Numbered from the stretch's first letter, positions 1 through 9,492 are shown. The stretch: DNA of 64,000 bases from Akkermansia muciniphila (GCA_945893185.1 CAMDDW010000002.1:66597-130596); one strand, 5' to 3'. Translations and numbers: made by a program. The notes: generated from the sequence alone by a model not told the origin.

Positions 1-211
1 CCAAGAGAATTCCTACGGCCCGCTTATTGCGTTCGGACAAGAGCCGAATGTCTTGGACAACGCGTCGCACCCATTCTGGTTTGGCGTGACTCATGTTGAG
101 CCTCAGAACGTTGGCCCCTGCGAGAATGAGTCGCTCCAGCATCTCTGGCGAATCGGTGGCCGGTCCTAGGGTGGCGATGATTTTGGTTTTCCTTAAACCG
201 TAGATGCTCAT
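1..211 (-). CDS. pyk: pyruvate kinase, N-terminal fragment (gene runs off the left edge)
   Basis: Not in the ORF track. Manual minus-strand translation from ATG at 211-209 gives MSIYGLRKTKIIATLGPATDSPEMLERLILAGANVLRLNMSHAKPEWVRRVVQDIRLLSE. This is the conserved pyruvate kinase N-terminus (KTKIIxTLGPA ... GxNVxRLNxSH). Confidence 0.8.
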   Translation of the reverse strand, partial: MSIYGLRKTKIIATLGPATDSPEMLERLILAGANVLRLNMSHAKPEWVRRVVQDIRLLSERNKRAVGILL

Positions 212-318
212 GGGTCTTCTGTTGTGAGTTTGTCTGGCCGGAGCATCACTCTATCTAGGGCTGGGTCAACGGCGCTTGGCAAAGGGACCGATTGATTGGA
301 CTCTGGAGTTCGGACCTG

Positions 319-1326
319 ATGTCTTCTGCTTACTTGCAATTGTTGGACGCGACGATCGCCCACCTGGAAACCTTGAAAGGCCAAGGTGTCGGTTGGGTCC
401 CGGTGGGTCGTGACTCGCTCCTGTCCATCGTTAGCTCGTCCCTCACCCCTCTTTCATCGGTCGCCCGGCGCGATATAGCCAAATCGGTGAGGCCCGCCAT
501 TCAGAATTCTCAGAGCCCTTCTATTCTTTCCGAGAATTTGGCCTCTGCGTCTCCTCAACCTTTGGTCGTTCCTCCCGCTGTTCCTTCGGAGGCAGCGATG
601 TCGCGGTGGTCCCAGGCCGTTGCGGTGATTCCTCCAGCTTCGTCGAGTTCTAAAACCTCGTTCGTGGCGGTGCCTTTGCCTGCTCCGTTGCCTCCGGAGG
701 CCCGTGCCGCTGCGATGGCCGAGCTTCGGTCCCAAATCCTCGCCTGTTCCCGTTGCTCTCATTTAGCTGCCTCTCGTCAGTCGGTTGTCTTTGGCATGGG
801 TGACTTCCATGCCAAGATCTTGTTTGTCGGCGAGGCGCCAGGAGTTGAAGAGGACCTCAGTGGTGAACCTTTTGCGGGTCCTGCTGGAGAACTGCTGACT
901 AAAATTCTCTCGGCGATGGGTTTGGGCCGGGATTCAGTTTTTATAACCAACCTCCTCAAATGTCGCCCGGATACCCCCGGTGATTCAGCGGGTAATCGCA
1001 AACCCAAGCCTGACGAGGTGTCGACGTGTATTCCTTGGCTTGAACGGCAAATCGACTTGGTTCAGCCCCGAGTCGTGGTGGCTTTAGGAGCGAGTGCGGT
1101 CGAAGGACTCTTGGGTAAGGGAACGGCTGGAATTAGCCAACTGAGGGGCTCTTGGCAGAACTATCGCGGCTTACCCCTGATGCCAACGTATCATCCAGCG
1201 TACCTGCTTCGAAATCTGGCCCTCTCAGAAAAACGGAAAGTTTGGGAAGACATGCTTCAGGTGATGGAGCGGGCGGGCTATCCGGTCTCGACGAAGCAAC
1301 GCGGATTTTTTCTGACCAAAGATTAG
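319..1326 (+). CDS. uracil-DNA glycosylase, family 4, with a long Ser/Pro/Ala-rich N-terminal extension
   Basis: The C-terminal 190 aa carry family-4 UDG motifs: CSRCxxL, ILFVGEAPGxEED, PFxGxAGxLL, FITNxxKCRP, HPAYLLRN. The ORF opens at TTG 292; the first ATG is at 319. Confidence 0.8.
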   Translation: MSSAYLQLLDATIAHLETLKGQGVGWVPVGRDSLLSIVSSSLTPLSSVARRDIAKSVRPAIQNSQSPSILSENLASASPQPLVVPPAVPSEAAMSRWSQAVAVIPPASSSSKTSFVAVPLPAPLPPEARAAAMAELRSQILACSRCSHLAASRQSVVFGMGDFHAKILFVGEAPGVEEDLSGEPFAGPAGELLTKILSAMGLGRDSVFITNLLKCRPDTPGDSAGNRKPKPDEVSTCIPWLERQIDLVQPRVVVALGASAVEGLLGKGTAGISQLRGSWQNYRGLPLMPTYHPAYLLRNLALSEKRKVWEDMLQVMERAGYPVSTKQRGFFLTKD

Positions 1327-1380
1327 TTTTCAGACTTCTACTGGTCTTTAAACAGCCCTTGGCTGGTCTCTTTTTATGGA

Positions 1381-1662
1381 TCAACGGTCATCGATAACCA
1401 ATTGGGTCTCGGCGGCTTGAATCCAGGACCAGTCCCGATCAGTCAACCCACCTTTTTCATGCGTCATCAGCTTCAAGGTCACTCGATTCCAACGGATATC
1501 GATGTCTGGATGGTGGTTCCGTTGCTCTGCCAGACTGGCAACCCGGTTGACCCAGAGCATCGCGGCTCGAAAATCGGTAAACTCTTCAGTTCGGACCAAA
1601 CGACCGCCTTCCATGGTCCATTCTCGGATTTTGGCGGTTCCATCGCTGCCCATCGTTTCCAT
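1381..1662 (-). CDS. 4a-hydroxytetrahydrobiopterin (pterin-4-alpha-carbinolamine) dehydratase
   Basis: 93 aa. FxxAxxWVNRVAxLAEQxNHHPDIxIxWNxVxLxLxTH is the PCD/DCoH signature. Confidence 0.75.
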   Translation of the reverse strand: METMGSDGTAKIREWTMEGGRLVRTEEFTDFRAAMLWVNRVASLAEQRNHHPDIDIRWNRVTLKLMTHEKGGLTDRDWSWIQAAETQLVIDDR

Positions 1663-1935
1663 TCGAGACCAACGGTACGAACGGTTTCTTCCGGTTCAAG
1701 CTTCGCGAACAGGAAGTTCTTCGCAGAACTTTGGGAACAACGGTCCAAAGGAGTGCCGATAGGAGCCCAACAACCCCTGTTGGAGCCTTCGGCCCGGGTT
1801 GTTCCCAAAACAGTTCACCGTCAGAAAGTCTTTTTTCAGCCCTGTTTGACGGGGTTTGCTCCGGTTGTAAGGATTGTTCACTGTCCTTACTAAGGACTTT
1901 CTCTTTGAAGACTCTCCACTGATAGTAAGCAGATC

Positions 1936-3051
1936 ATGAAACTAACGATCGCCAAAGATCAGCTGCTCGTTGGCCTTCAGGCCGTACAGAACATCGTGGG
2001 GTCGCGATCAACGCTCCCCATCTTGTCCAATGTTCTGTTGGAGACCGGTGATGGGCGCCTCTCGCTAACCGCCACCGATCTGGATGTGACGATCACCTGT
2101 TCGGTAGCCGCCACCGTAGAGCGGCCTGGTAGGGCAACGCTGCCCGTGAAAAAGCTGGTAGACATAACGCGCGAGCTGACTTCTACGGAGATCGAGATCG
2201 AGATTGACGAGAAGTCGACGGCTTCGATCCGAGCTGGAAGCTCGTTTTTCAAGGTCAACGGTCTCGCGGCCGAGGAATTCCCACCGTTGCCGGTTTTCGC
2301 TCAGAACCGCACGGTGATCATCCCTCAGGACAAACTCAAAGGAATGCTCCGCAAAACGAGTTTTGCGGTCTCCACCGACGAGAGCCGTTTTGTTCTTAAC
2401 GGGATTTATATCAGCCTCAAGGAAAACAAGCTGATCTTGGTCGCCACCGATGGACGTCGGCTAGCGTTGTGCGAAGAGGAATTTGAAATTTCAGCCGACA
2501 ACCAGGCTGATTTCATCCTCCCTACTAAAGCGATCAACGAACTGACCCGATTGCTCCAGGGTGGCGGTAACGTGGAGGTGAAGTTCACCGAAAACCAAGC
2601 TTCGTTCGCGACGCAACCGACCACCGAAGGCGCCGTCTCAGCGATCTTAGTGACCAAGTTAGTGGATGGAGTGTATCCGAACTATCGCCAAGTGATTCCT
2701 GCCGAACCGTTGGAACGGGTGCCGCTCAATCGGGAAGAATTTCTCAAGTCACTCCGTTTGGCTGAGATCATGACAACCGATAAGCAGAATTCGGTGAAGT
2801 TGACCTTCAGCCGCAATCAGTTGGCCATTACCGCCAATGCCCCTGAAGTGGGTGAAGCCCGTCAAACGGTGGCCATTAAGTATCAAGGCAAAGATTTCGC
2901 GATCGCTTTCAACCCGGGCTACTTGATGGATCCTTTGAAAGCTTTGGACACCGACGAGATTTATTTCGAACTCATCGATGAACTCAGCCCTGGCGTTCTG
3001 AAGACCAACGAGCCCTTCCTGTACGTAATTATGCCGATGCGCATGAGCTGA
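1936..3051 (+). CDS. dnaN: DNA polymerase III subunit beta (sliding clamp)
   Basis: 371 aa. MKLTIAKDQLLVGLQAVQNIVGSRSTLPILSNVLLE ... LSLTATDLDV ... LVATDGRRLA ... PVLKT..PFLYVIMPMR is typical full-length DnaN. Confidence 0.95.
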   Translation: MKLTIAKDQLLVGLQAVQNIVGSRSTLPILSNVLLETGDGRLSLTATDLDVTITCSVAATVERPGRATLPVKKLVDITRELTSTEIEIEIDEKSTASIRAGSSFFKVNGLAAEEFPPLPVFAQNRTVIIPQDKLKGMLRKTSFAVSTDESRFVLNGIYISLKENKLILVATDGRRLALCEEEFEISADNQADFILPTKAINELTRLLQGGGNVEVKFTENQASFATQPTTEGAVSAILVTKLVDGVYPNYRQVIPAEPLERVPLNREEFLKSLRLAEIMTTDKQNSVKLTFSRNQLAITANAPEVGEARQTVAIKYQGKDFAIAFNPGYLMDPLKALDTDEIYFELIDELSPGVLKTNEPFLYVIMPMRMS

Positions 3052-3140
3052 AGGTTGGAGATGGTCAAAAGATAAACAGGCCCCAAGCGGCAATCCCAGG
3101 TTGCGCAGGACGGATCCGATGAGGTTGACTCGGATCCGTC

Positions 3141-4025
3141 ATGAAGAGCGCGTTTCGTCCCTTTCTCTGGATTGCACTGGTGGCCGCCTGGGTCACCACG
3201 GGTTGCTCCACTCAAACCGCAGCCGTCGGCACCGGTTCTCATTTCCGGGGTCCGGTGGGCATCCAACTCTACAGTCTCAGGGCCCAGTTCACCCGCAACG
3301 TCCCCCAGACCATAGGAACGGTGAAAGGTTTTGGCATTCACGAGGTCGAGTTGGCAGGCAACAACAACCTTAAGAATCCGACCTATCGCCTAATGCTAGA
3401 ACAGGCTGGCTTGAAGCCTATCGCCGGGCATTTCCCTATGGATCGCATCACCGGAGATACCGAGGCAGTGGCCAAGGAATGTCAGGAATTGGGGATCAGG
3501 TATGTCGGCGCTGCCTGGATTAAGGGCAAAGGAGAGTTCGATATCGAGGCAGCCCACAAGGCGGCTGCCGATTTCAACATGGCCGGTAAAGCGCTGGCAG
3601 CCCATGGCATCAAGGTATTCTACCACTGCCATGGTTATGAATTCAAACATCGGAATAGTTCTGGTCTGAAGCCGATGGACATTCTTATTCGGGAAACTGA
3701 CTCGCGCTACGTGGCGTTCGAAATGGACGTCCTATGGGTCCAATATCCCGGTGAAGATCCCGCAGCCTGGCTGGCCAAGTATCCCGGTCGCTGGGAGTTG
3801 ATGCACTTGAAAGACTTGAAGAAGGGCGTGCCAACGGGTTTCCACAATGGAGGAACCGATCCCAACAACGACGTGGCACTGGGCACTGGTCAAATGGACT
3901 GGGCTAAGATCTTGAAGGCCGCCCAGAAGTCGGGCGTGAAGCACTACTTCATCGAGGATGAATCGGCCTCCAGCGTGGAGCAAATCCCCCAGTCGTTGAA
4001 GTTCCTCGAGAGCGTCCGCTGGTAA
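3141..4025 (+). CDS. sugar phosphate isomerase/epimerase (xylose isomerase-like TIM barrel), probable lipoprotein
   Basis: Lipobox-like leader (..VTTGCS). The TIM-barrel pattern is GIQLYSLR ... HEVELAG ... FYHCHGYEF ... VAFEMDVLW ... MHLKD ... HYFIEDES. Confidence 0.65.
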   Translation: MKSAFRPFLWIALVAAWVTTGCSTQTAAVGTGSHFRGPVGIQLYSLRAQFTRNVPQTIGTVKGFGIHEVELAGNNNLKNPTYRLMLEQAGLKPIAGHFPMDRITGDTEAVAKECQELGIRYVGAAWIKGKGEFDIEAAHKAAADFNMAGKALAAHGIKVFYHCHGYEFKHRNSSGLKPMDILIRETDSRYVAFEMDVLWVQYPGEDPAAWLAKYPGRWELMHLKDLKKGVPTGFHNGGTDPNNDVALGTGQMDWAKILKAAQKSGVKHYFIEDESASSVEQIPQSLKFLESVRW

Positions 4026-4216
4026 CTCGATTCCAACTCCGAAGGGAGCAAAGTCGGGCGTTCCGATGAGACTCTAGAGACCGAGCCGAGTTTAAGAAGA
4101 CAGCCCACGTCGCCGGTTTCAGACAAAACCAGCGATGCCTTCGGTTGGGCTCGGTTCTACCCCGGCGCGGCAATCGGCCCGGGGTTTCTTCAGTCGATGG
4201 AGCAATCGAGCGGGGA

Positions 4217-6220
4217 CTATTCAGGCTTGGGCATCTTGGAACCGAGTCGGATGTATTCCCAGAGCGCGCGAATAGTTTTGGGTCCATCGCCTTCGAGCAC
4301 ATCGGCCAGGGCACTCTTGCCCTCTTCATCAAAGTAAGCGGGCATCTTGGAGTTGGGGTCCAAAGAAACAGGATTGCGCAACCAGCGGCGATAGAAGTCG
4401 GGCTGCAAACGTTCAAAAGAGCGAGCTAAGTTAATGCCCGGAGCCTCGAAGACTTGGGTCGCTCCGAAGTCGCCAACGCTGTGACAGGAAATACAGGCGA
4501 AGCCTCCAGAGGTTCCAATCAGCTTGTGGCCCACTTTGGCCAACTCAGCGTCGGGAGCATCATCATCAGGAGTCACCGGAGGCAATCCATGGGCGGTGGC
4601 CAAGCCTAGGCCCAGGAGCGCGGCATGAGTGGGGAAAGCCGGCATCCGGGATTCAAGCCACGGGCGGGGTTTCCAGGACTCCGATCCACCGATGAAGCGG
4701 CTGGCCCACTCGGGCTTGAGCTTGCCACCCAGGAGCTCCCAGGCAGGAAAGCCTTCGAATTTCCCGTGGCATTCCCGGCAATTCAGGGATACCGATTGGC
4801 GTTCCAAGAAATCGGCAGCGGTGTGTCGGGTGAGGGAAGAGCGGTCTGTTCGACCAAAGGCCGCCAGCGCCTGGCGATCGGCCGAGGAGAGCGTATAGCG
4901 GGGTGCTGTTGATTCGGCGGCGGGTGAGGCAGCCAGGCAACCGGCCGACCAGGCTTCGGGCTTGAGAGTGGCCAGCGCCGGAGCTTTGTAGGTGTTGGGA
5001 AGGTCCAGGGTGTGACAGTTGAGGCAGCCGGAGTTTTGGACCAGGTTCTTGCCCTTGAGGATCAGGGCTTCATCGGAGGGGATGGAACGTTCCGAGGGTT
5101 TTTCAGCGGCCGATTCGAGGTACGCGGCCAGCTGGGAGGCTTCGTCGGAGGAGAGCTTGAAGTCGGGCATCCCGATCCACGTGAAGTGTTCCGAGGGCTT
5201 CCGGAGGAAGGCGACCAGAGCCCCCGGCTTGAATTTGGCCAGGACTTGCTTTTGGGAGATCTTGGCCGGGTTGGCCTTGGAGTCTTCTGGAGCCACGTGG
5301 CAGGCGACGCAGTGGAGTTTCTCATACAGGGACTTGCCGGCTTCGATGAGGTCGGCCGTGGAAGAAGCGCTGGGTGTGAGAGGGGTGGCTGCCTTGAGGG
5401 AACCTAAGAAAGCAGCAATGGCGTCGGAGTGAGTGGCAGTTTCTGCTCCGTGGAAGAGCGCGGGCATGGGAGAGCCGGGTCGAAGGGATTCCGGGTTCGC
5501 GATCCATTGAGCCAGCCACGTCGAGTGCCGCCGGGATCCAATTCCACTGAAGGTCGGAGCGTCGGCTGTCAGATCGGGCATGCCGCCCTGGGTGGTGTGA
5601 CAGTGCGAGCACCGGAGTTCAGCAAACAAATCGCGGCCTCGTCGCAGTTGGTTGGCGGAGGTGATGTCTGCACTGGTAGAGTGGCTGAGGGAACCCACGG
5701 GGATGGGATTGAAGGGAACCTCTTTGCCGGACCAATACACTCGCACCAGGGCTTCACCGGACTTGGGAGCCGAGTATTCGGTGAGGATTTTGTTGGCCCC
5801 TTTGTTGAGTCGGACCTTCGAGCTCTCGGTCCAAGCTGGGCTTTTGCCGTCGGCATCGAGGACCACCGCATCATTAATGGAAACCTTGAGGTGCCCGGTG
5901 AAAAGCCCATGGAAGAAGTACTCGCCGCGAAGGTCGACGGACAGCTCTCCAGACCACGCTGAGGTGAAGGGCCCCTGAACCAAGAAGGGGGTCGCGGGTT
6001 CGCCCGAAGGCACGAATAAGGCGATGCCGTCGGCAGTACGGTGATCGGATGAGGTTCCTGATCGCAGTGTTTGGGCCAGACCGGCAGCAGCTTCGGCAGC
6101 CATCAGGCCATGAGGGCTGAGGAGCCCAAGGCAGATGGCGGAGAGGTGCACCACGCTGCGAATGAAGAGGCAATAGGAACCCACGGCCGTAGCGTAGAGA
6201 TTGGCCCATTGGAGGGTCAA
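4217..6220 (-). CDS. exported multiheme c-type cytochrome with N-terminal PA14-like domain
   Basis: Five CxxCH motifs (CSHCH, CVACH, CLNCH, CRECH, CISCH). The N-terminal segment WSGELSVDLRGEYFFHGLFTGHLKVSINDAVVLD ... VRLNKGANKILTEY ... VRVYW resembles PA14. Hydrophobic leader present. Confidence 0.65.
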   Translation of the reverse strand: MTLQWANLYATAVGSYCLFIRSVVHLSAICLGLLSPHGLMAAEAAAGLAQTLRSGTSSDHRTADGIALFVPSGEPATPFLVQGPFTSAWSGELSVDLRGEYFFHGLFTGHLKVSINDAVVLDADGKSPAWTESSKVRLNKGANKILTEYSAPKSGEALVRVYWSGKEVPFNPIPVGSLSHSTSADITSANQLRRGRDLFAELRCSHCHTTQGGMPDLTADAPTFSGIGSRRHSTWLAQWIANPESLRPGSPMPALFHGAETATHSDAIAAFLGSLKAATPLTPSASSTADLIEAGKSLYEKLHCVACHVAPEDSKANPAKISQKQVLAKFKPGALVAFLRKPSEHFTWIGMPDFKLSSDEASQLAAYLESAAEKPSERSIPSDEALILKGKNLVQNSGCLNCHTLDLPNTYKAPALATLKPEAWSAGCLAASPAAESTAPRYTLSSADRQALAAFGRTDRSSLTRHTAADFLERQSVSLNCRECHGKFEGFPAWELLGGKLKPEWASRFIGGSESWKPRPWLESRMPAFPTHAALLGLGLATAHGLPPVTPDDDAPDAELAKVGHKLIGTSGGFACISCHSVGDFGATQVFEAPGINLARSFERLQPDFYRRWLRNPVSLDPNSKMPAYFDEEGKSALADVLEGDGPKTIRALWEYIRLGSKMPKPE

Positions 6221-6274
6221 GCGAGCCTCCCTTCGGATGAAAGGTATAAGAAATTAAAACCAGCTCATGAGGCA

Positions 6275-6688
6275 TCAATCGGGTCGAGCGGTGTCGCCGA
6301 TAAGGGGGGCGCCTTCAATGATGTCAGCGGCGGCCGTTGTCGGATTGCTCCATCGGGACAACCGGATTCGGCCCACGCGATTGGAGGAACGGTACACTTC
6401 CAGAAAGGAGCCGGTGGTTGGCAGAGTGCTGAAGGAGTAATCTAGGACAACAAACTGCAGGCGCTCATTGACCAGAACCACGGAGCCAACACTCCCATCT
6501 AAAGGGCGTATGACGGCAGGGAAATCAGGAGCAGGCATGAGCATCAACGCTCGGGAAGAGGCAGAGCATCCGCAGAGGGTTAACAAACCGCCGAAAACAG
6601 CGGGCCCGAAGGCCACGACCCATATTGGGCGACGTAACCAATCCAACAGGGGGGGCTGCATGGCGGACAGACAAGCATGCCTAGCCAT
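6275..6688 (-). CDS. hypothetical lipoprotein
   Basis: 137 aa with hydrophobic leader and lipobox LTLCGC|S. It lies immediately upstream, on the same strand, of the multiheme cytochrome gene. No recognisable domain. Confidence 0.4.
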   Translation of the reverse strand: MARHACLSAMQPPLLDWLRRPIWVVAFGPAVFGGLLTLCGCSASSRALMLMPAPDFPAVIRPLDGSVGSVVLVNERLQFVVLDYSFSTLPTTGSFLEVYRSSNRVGRIRLSRWSNPTTAAADIIEGAPLIGDTARPD

Positions 6689-6769
6689 CAGGTCAATCGT
6701 CAGGAATGTCCAAATTCGGTCCTGACGCGAGGGATTGCTCCCCAGGGGCCGGCAGTTATGCTGCTGGGT

Positions 6770-6979
6770 ATGGACTGGCAGAAATTAGCGGCTCTGAGCG
6801 TGGTGGGAATCACGTTGGGGTTGTTCTTCTGGGCTCAGTGGGCACCGCGAAGGTGGCGGCGTCAGCTGGGGAGCCGAGGGGGCGGGTGTGGCTGCTCAGG
6901 AGGCGCTTCGTCCCCGCGGGGACCGGGATTGATCGTGCAAGGTCGGCGCGGAGAGCGTCCTCAGGTAATTCTCCGATGA
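6770..6979 (+). CDS. small membrane protein with Cys/Gly motif (FeoB-associated Cys-rich protein-like architecture)
   Basis: Starting from the internal ATG, the product is MDWQKLAALSVVGITLGLFFWAQW (one TM), a basic stretch, then GGGCGCSGG. Its stop overlaps the next start (ATGA at 6976-6979). Confidence 0.35.
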   Translation: MDWQKLAALSVVGITLGLFFWAQWAPRRWRRQLGSRGGGCGCSGGASSPRGPGLIVQGRRGERPQVILR

Positions 6980-7749
6980 GAGTCATGCTTTCTTCATTGC
7001 AGGCAAAGAGCCGGGTTCCCGGGTTGGTCTTGGCCATCCTCTGGATTCTTGTCGTCTGGACGGGTGTGTTGTCGGTCGCTGGCGCTGATGAGACGGCGGA
7101 GTCCCAGGGACGAGAGTTGGCCCAACGGTTGCGGACGTTGGCTCCCGAAGACCCCTCGACCAATCAGGCGGTCTTGAGGATCCGCAATCGGGAGGGTCGC
7201 CGTCAGATTCCGGTGACTGTGGTCACTCAACCCGGTAAGGGGCGCTGGACTGTTGAATATCAAGTGGGAGGCCAGGGTGCGAAGGGCGCTGGGGAGATTT
7301 CAAGGATCCACTACAATGCTGAGGGCCCTCCAACCTATGAAGCGAGGGTCGAAGAGTCTGGGAAACCACCATCGAAGGACGTTCTAGTGTCCGGTGATAA
7401 TGCGATCGCAAAGAGTGACTTTTTACTTCATGAATTGGGTATGGAATTTCTTCATTGGCCAGAACAGCGCGTTAGTGGTCGCGAATTGAGCAATGGTAGG
7501 TGGTGTCAAGTGCTTGAAAGCGTCTCGAAAAACCCCGAGGGACCTGCTTCGGTCAAGTCCTGGATCGATGAAAAGCTCGGAGTGGTCCTGAGTGCCGAGG
7601 TTTATGACGCGCGCAAGGTTCGGCTCAAGCACTTCTCGATCACGCAGTTCCGGGAGCAGGCCGACCGATGGACGTGCAGTGTCAGCATGGTCGACGACGT
7701 CCGCGGGACCAAAACCCAGCTGGCGTTTGACGGCCCGGTTCCTCGATGA
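6976..7749 (+). CDS. LolA-like outer membrane lipoprotein-sorting family protein (secreted)
   Basis: Signal peptide MRVMLSSLQAKSRVPGLVLAILWILVVWTGVLSVAGA. The C-terminal pattern (FLHWPEQRVSGRELSNGRWCQVLESV ... SWIDEKLGVVLSAEVYDARKVRLKHF) resembles the LolA_like fold family. The upstream part of ORF 6706-7749 is discounted. Confidence 0.5.
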   Translation: MRVMLSSLQAKSRVPGLVLAILWILVVWTGVLSVAGADETAESQGRELAQRLRTLAPEDPSTNQAVLRIRNREGRRQIPVTVVTQPGKGRWTVEYQVGGQGAKGAGEISRIHYNAEGPPTYEARVEESGKPPSKDVLVSGDNAIAKSDFLLHELGMEFLHWPEQRVSGRELSNGRWCQVLESVSKNPEGPASVKSWIDEKLGVVLSAEVYDARKVRLKHFSITQFREQADRWTCSVSMVDDVRGTKTQLAFDGPVPR

Positions 7750-7792
7750 CGCTTGGAGCAAATCGAGGGCGGAGAGCTTAGGCGGTGAAAAG

Positions 7793-9265
7793 TCAGGACA
7801 CCGACGAAGAATTGGGCAAGGGGTGGTGAAGCTTCGGGTTGGAGGTGTTGGCGGCTTCAAGGGCCTCACCGACCAGTTGGGCTAGCGAGAGGTTCGAGGC
7901 CATGGAGTTTTCAGCCTTCCGAACCGCATCCAGAGCCTGAGTCACCGGCTGGCGCCCGGCATCCTCAGCGGTAGAAATATCCCGTCCATGCGCCGTTCGG
8001 ATGGCGAGTAGGATGGATTGAAGGGAAATTTCGGTCAGGGGTTTAGCTGGAACGAAGGCGGCTTCGGCCCCTGAGGTTTCGTGCAAAAGACCGGAGGAGG
8101 CCAGCGAACCGAGCAGGGATGCGGCGAGTTTAGGAGGGATTCCCAACTGGTTTGCCAGAGACGACTCAGCCGGAGGGCGCTCGCCCCGTTGGAAGCACAT
8201 CCCAATGGCGGTCATCAAACGTAAGGCGGCGAACTCGCGCCCGTTTTGGTGGATCGACTCGGCTTGACGGTCTTGAAGGTAAGCGCCTCGATTTTGGTAG
8301 ACGTAGGCCACTTGCGATCCAAAGAGCAGGATCAACCAGGAAAAATAGAGTCCGAGGAGGAACAGGGGCACAGCACCCAGGGAACCATAGATCTTGGAGT
8401 AGGTGACTACGCGGGTATTGTAGAGCGCTCCCAGTTGGGAGTTACCCCACCAGAGAGTGGCGGCAACCGCTGCTCCAACGGCAGCCGATCGCGGATCGAC
8501 CCGAGTATTGGGCATCAACAAGTAGAAAAGGCCAAAGGCAATGGTCAGCGTGATGATGGGGAGAAGGGCGGTGTTGAGCATGCCCAAGAGGGGCAGTTTC
8601 TGCATCCATTCAACCTGTTCGAAAGTAGCCTGGACATAACTGGAGGTGGTGACCAAGGCCAGGATGGCCGGCCCGAGCGTCAGAACACCCCAGTAGAGGA
8701 GAATGCTGTTCCACCAGGACCGAGAGCGGGTGACACCCCAGATGTCGTTGAAGGCAGCTTCGATGGTCCGCATCATTGAGATGGCGGCAAAGATCAGACC
8801 GATCATCGCAGTGATGCCGATCGTGCCGAATGGGATGTTTGAGACGATTTTGACGATTTCGGTGACCACGGCCTCCCGCGAAACGTCGGCTCCTTGTTGA
8901 CCCGATAATCCCAACGTCGGAGCCACATTTTGGACAAGCTGAGAAATCCAATGATCAATGGCATTCTTGGCGTTAGAGATCTGGAAGATCGCCAGCATGC
9001 TGATTGACACCGCCAACAAAGGCACTAAGGCCATTAAAGTGGTGTAGGCCAGGGCCGATGCGCGGACCTGGCAACGGTTCTTCCCGAAGAATCGCATCAC
9101 TAAAGCCCAGAAATAAGTAAACTTCTGGAACGCGGACAGGGCCTCGGGATCAGGATGGGCAGGAACACCGTCGCGGAAAGTGGCGGCGACATCAGCCTGG
9201 ATCCGTTGGAGACGCGAGGGCTTCGGCACGGGAGGACGGTACTCGGACTCCGTCCGTCTCGGCAA
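7793..9265 (-). CDS. YihY/BrkB family membrane protein with C-terminal winged-helix-like domain
   Basis: CQVRASALAYTTLMALVPLLAVSISM plus a multi-TM core typical of YihY. The last 150 aa are soluble and Rrf2/wHTH-like (FAALRLMTAIGMCFQRGERPPAESSLANQLGIPPKLAASLLGSLASSGLL). Confidence 0.7.
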   Translation of the reverse strand: MPRRTESEYRPPVPKPSRLQRIQADVAATFRDGVPAHPDPEALSAFQKFTYFWALVMRFFGKNRCQVRASALAYTTLMALVPLLAVSISMLAIFQISNAKNAIDHWISQLVQNVAPTLGLSGQQGADVSREAVVTEIVKIVSNIPFGTIGITAMIGLIFAAISMMRTIEAAFNDIWGVTRSRSWWNSILLYWGVLTLGPAILALVTTSSYVQATFEQVEWMQKLPLLGMLNTALLPIITLTIAFGLFYLLMPNTRVDPRSAAVGAAVAATLWWGNSQLGALYNTRVVTYSKIYGSLGAVPLFLLGLYFSWLILLFGSQVAYVYQNRGAYLQDRQAESIHQNGREFAALRLMTAIGMCFQRGERPPAESSLANQLGIPPKLAASLLGSLASSGLLHETSGAEAAFVPAKPLTEISLQSILLAIRTAHGRDISTAEDAGRQPVTQALDAVRKAENSMASNLSLAQLVGEALEAANTSNPKLHHPLPNSSSVS

Positions 9266-9492
9266 CCTTCCAAACCAAGAGACCCTGAACAGACGCGATA
9301 GGTTGAGTTCATTCCTCGGGAGGTGCCTGGGGTTCGGAAAGGAGTTTGAGACCAGGGCTGTAGCCGGAACGATTCAGTCGGCTGGGAAGTGGGTGAGTGG
9401 TAGAGGGTCAAGAGGGCCGCAACGATCGAGCAATGAACCTTTTTCGGAAATAAACCAGACACGCTCGACCCATCCCGCTGAATCTCGCCGCT

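Noticed and set aside
6706-6975. Upstream 90 aa of ORF 6706-7749, and upstream 31 aa of ORF 6677-6979
   Set aside because: The two extensions overlap each other in different frames and lack any features. The internal starts give a TM peptide and a signal peptide respectively, with an ATGA junction.
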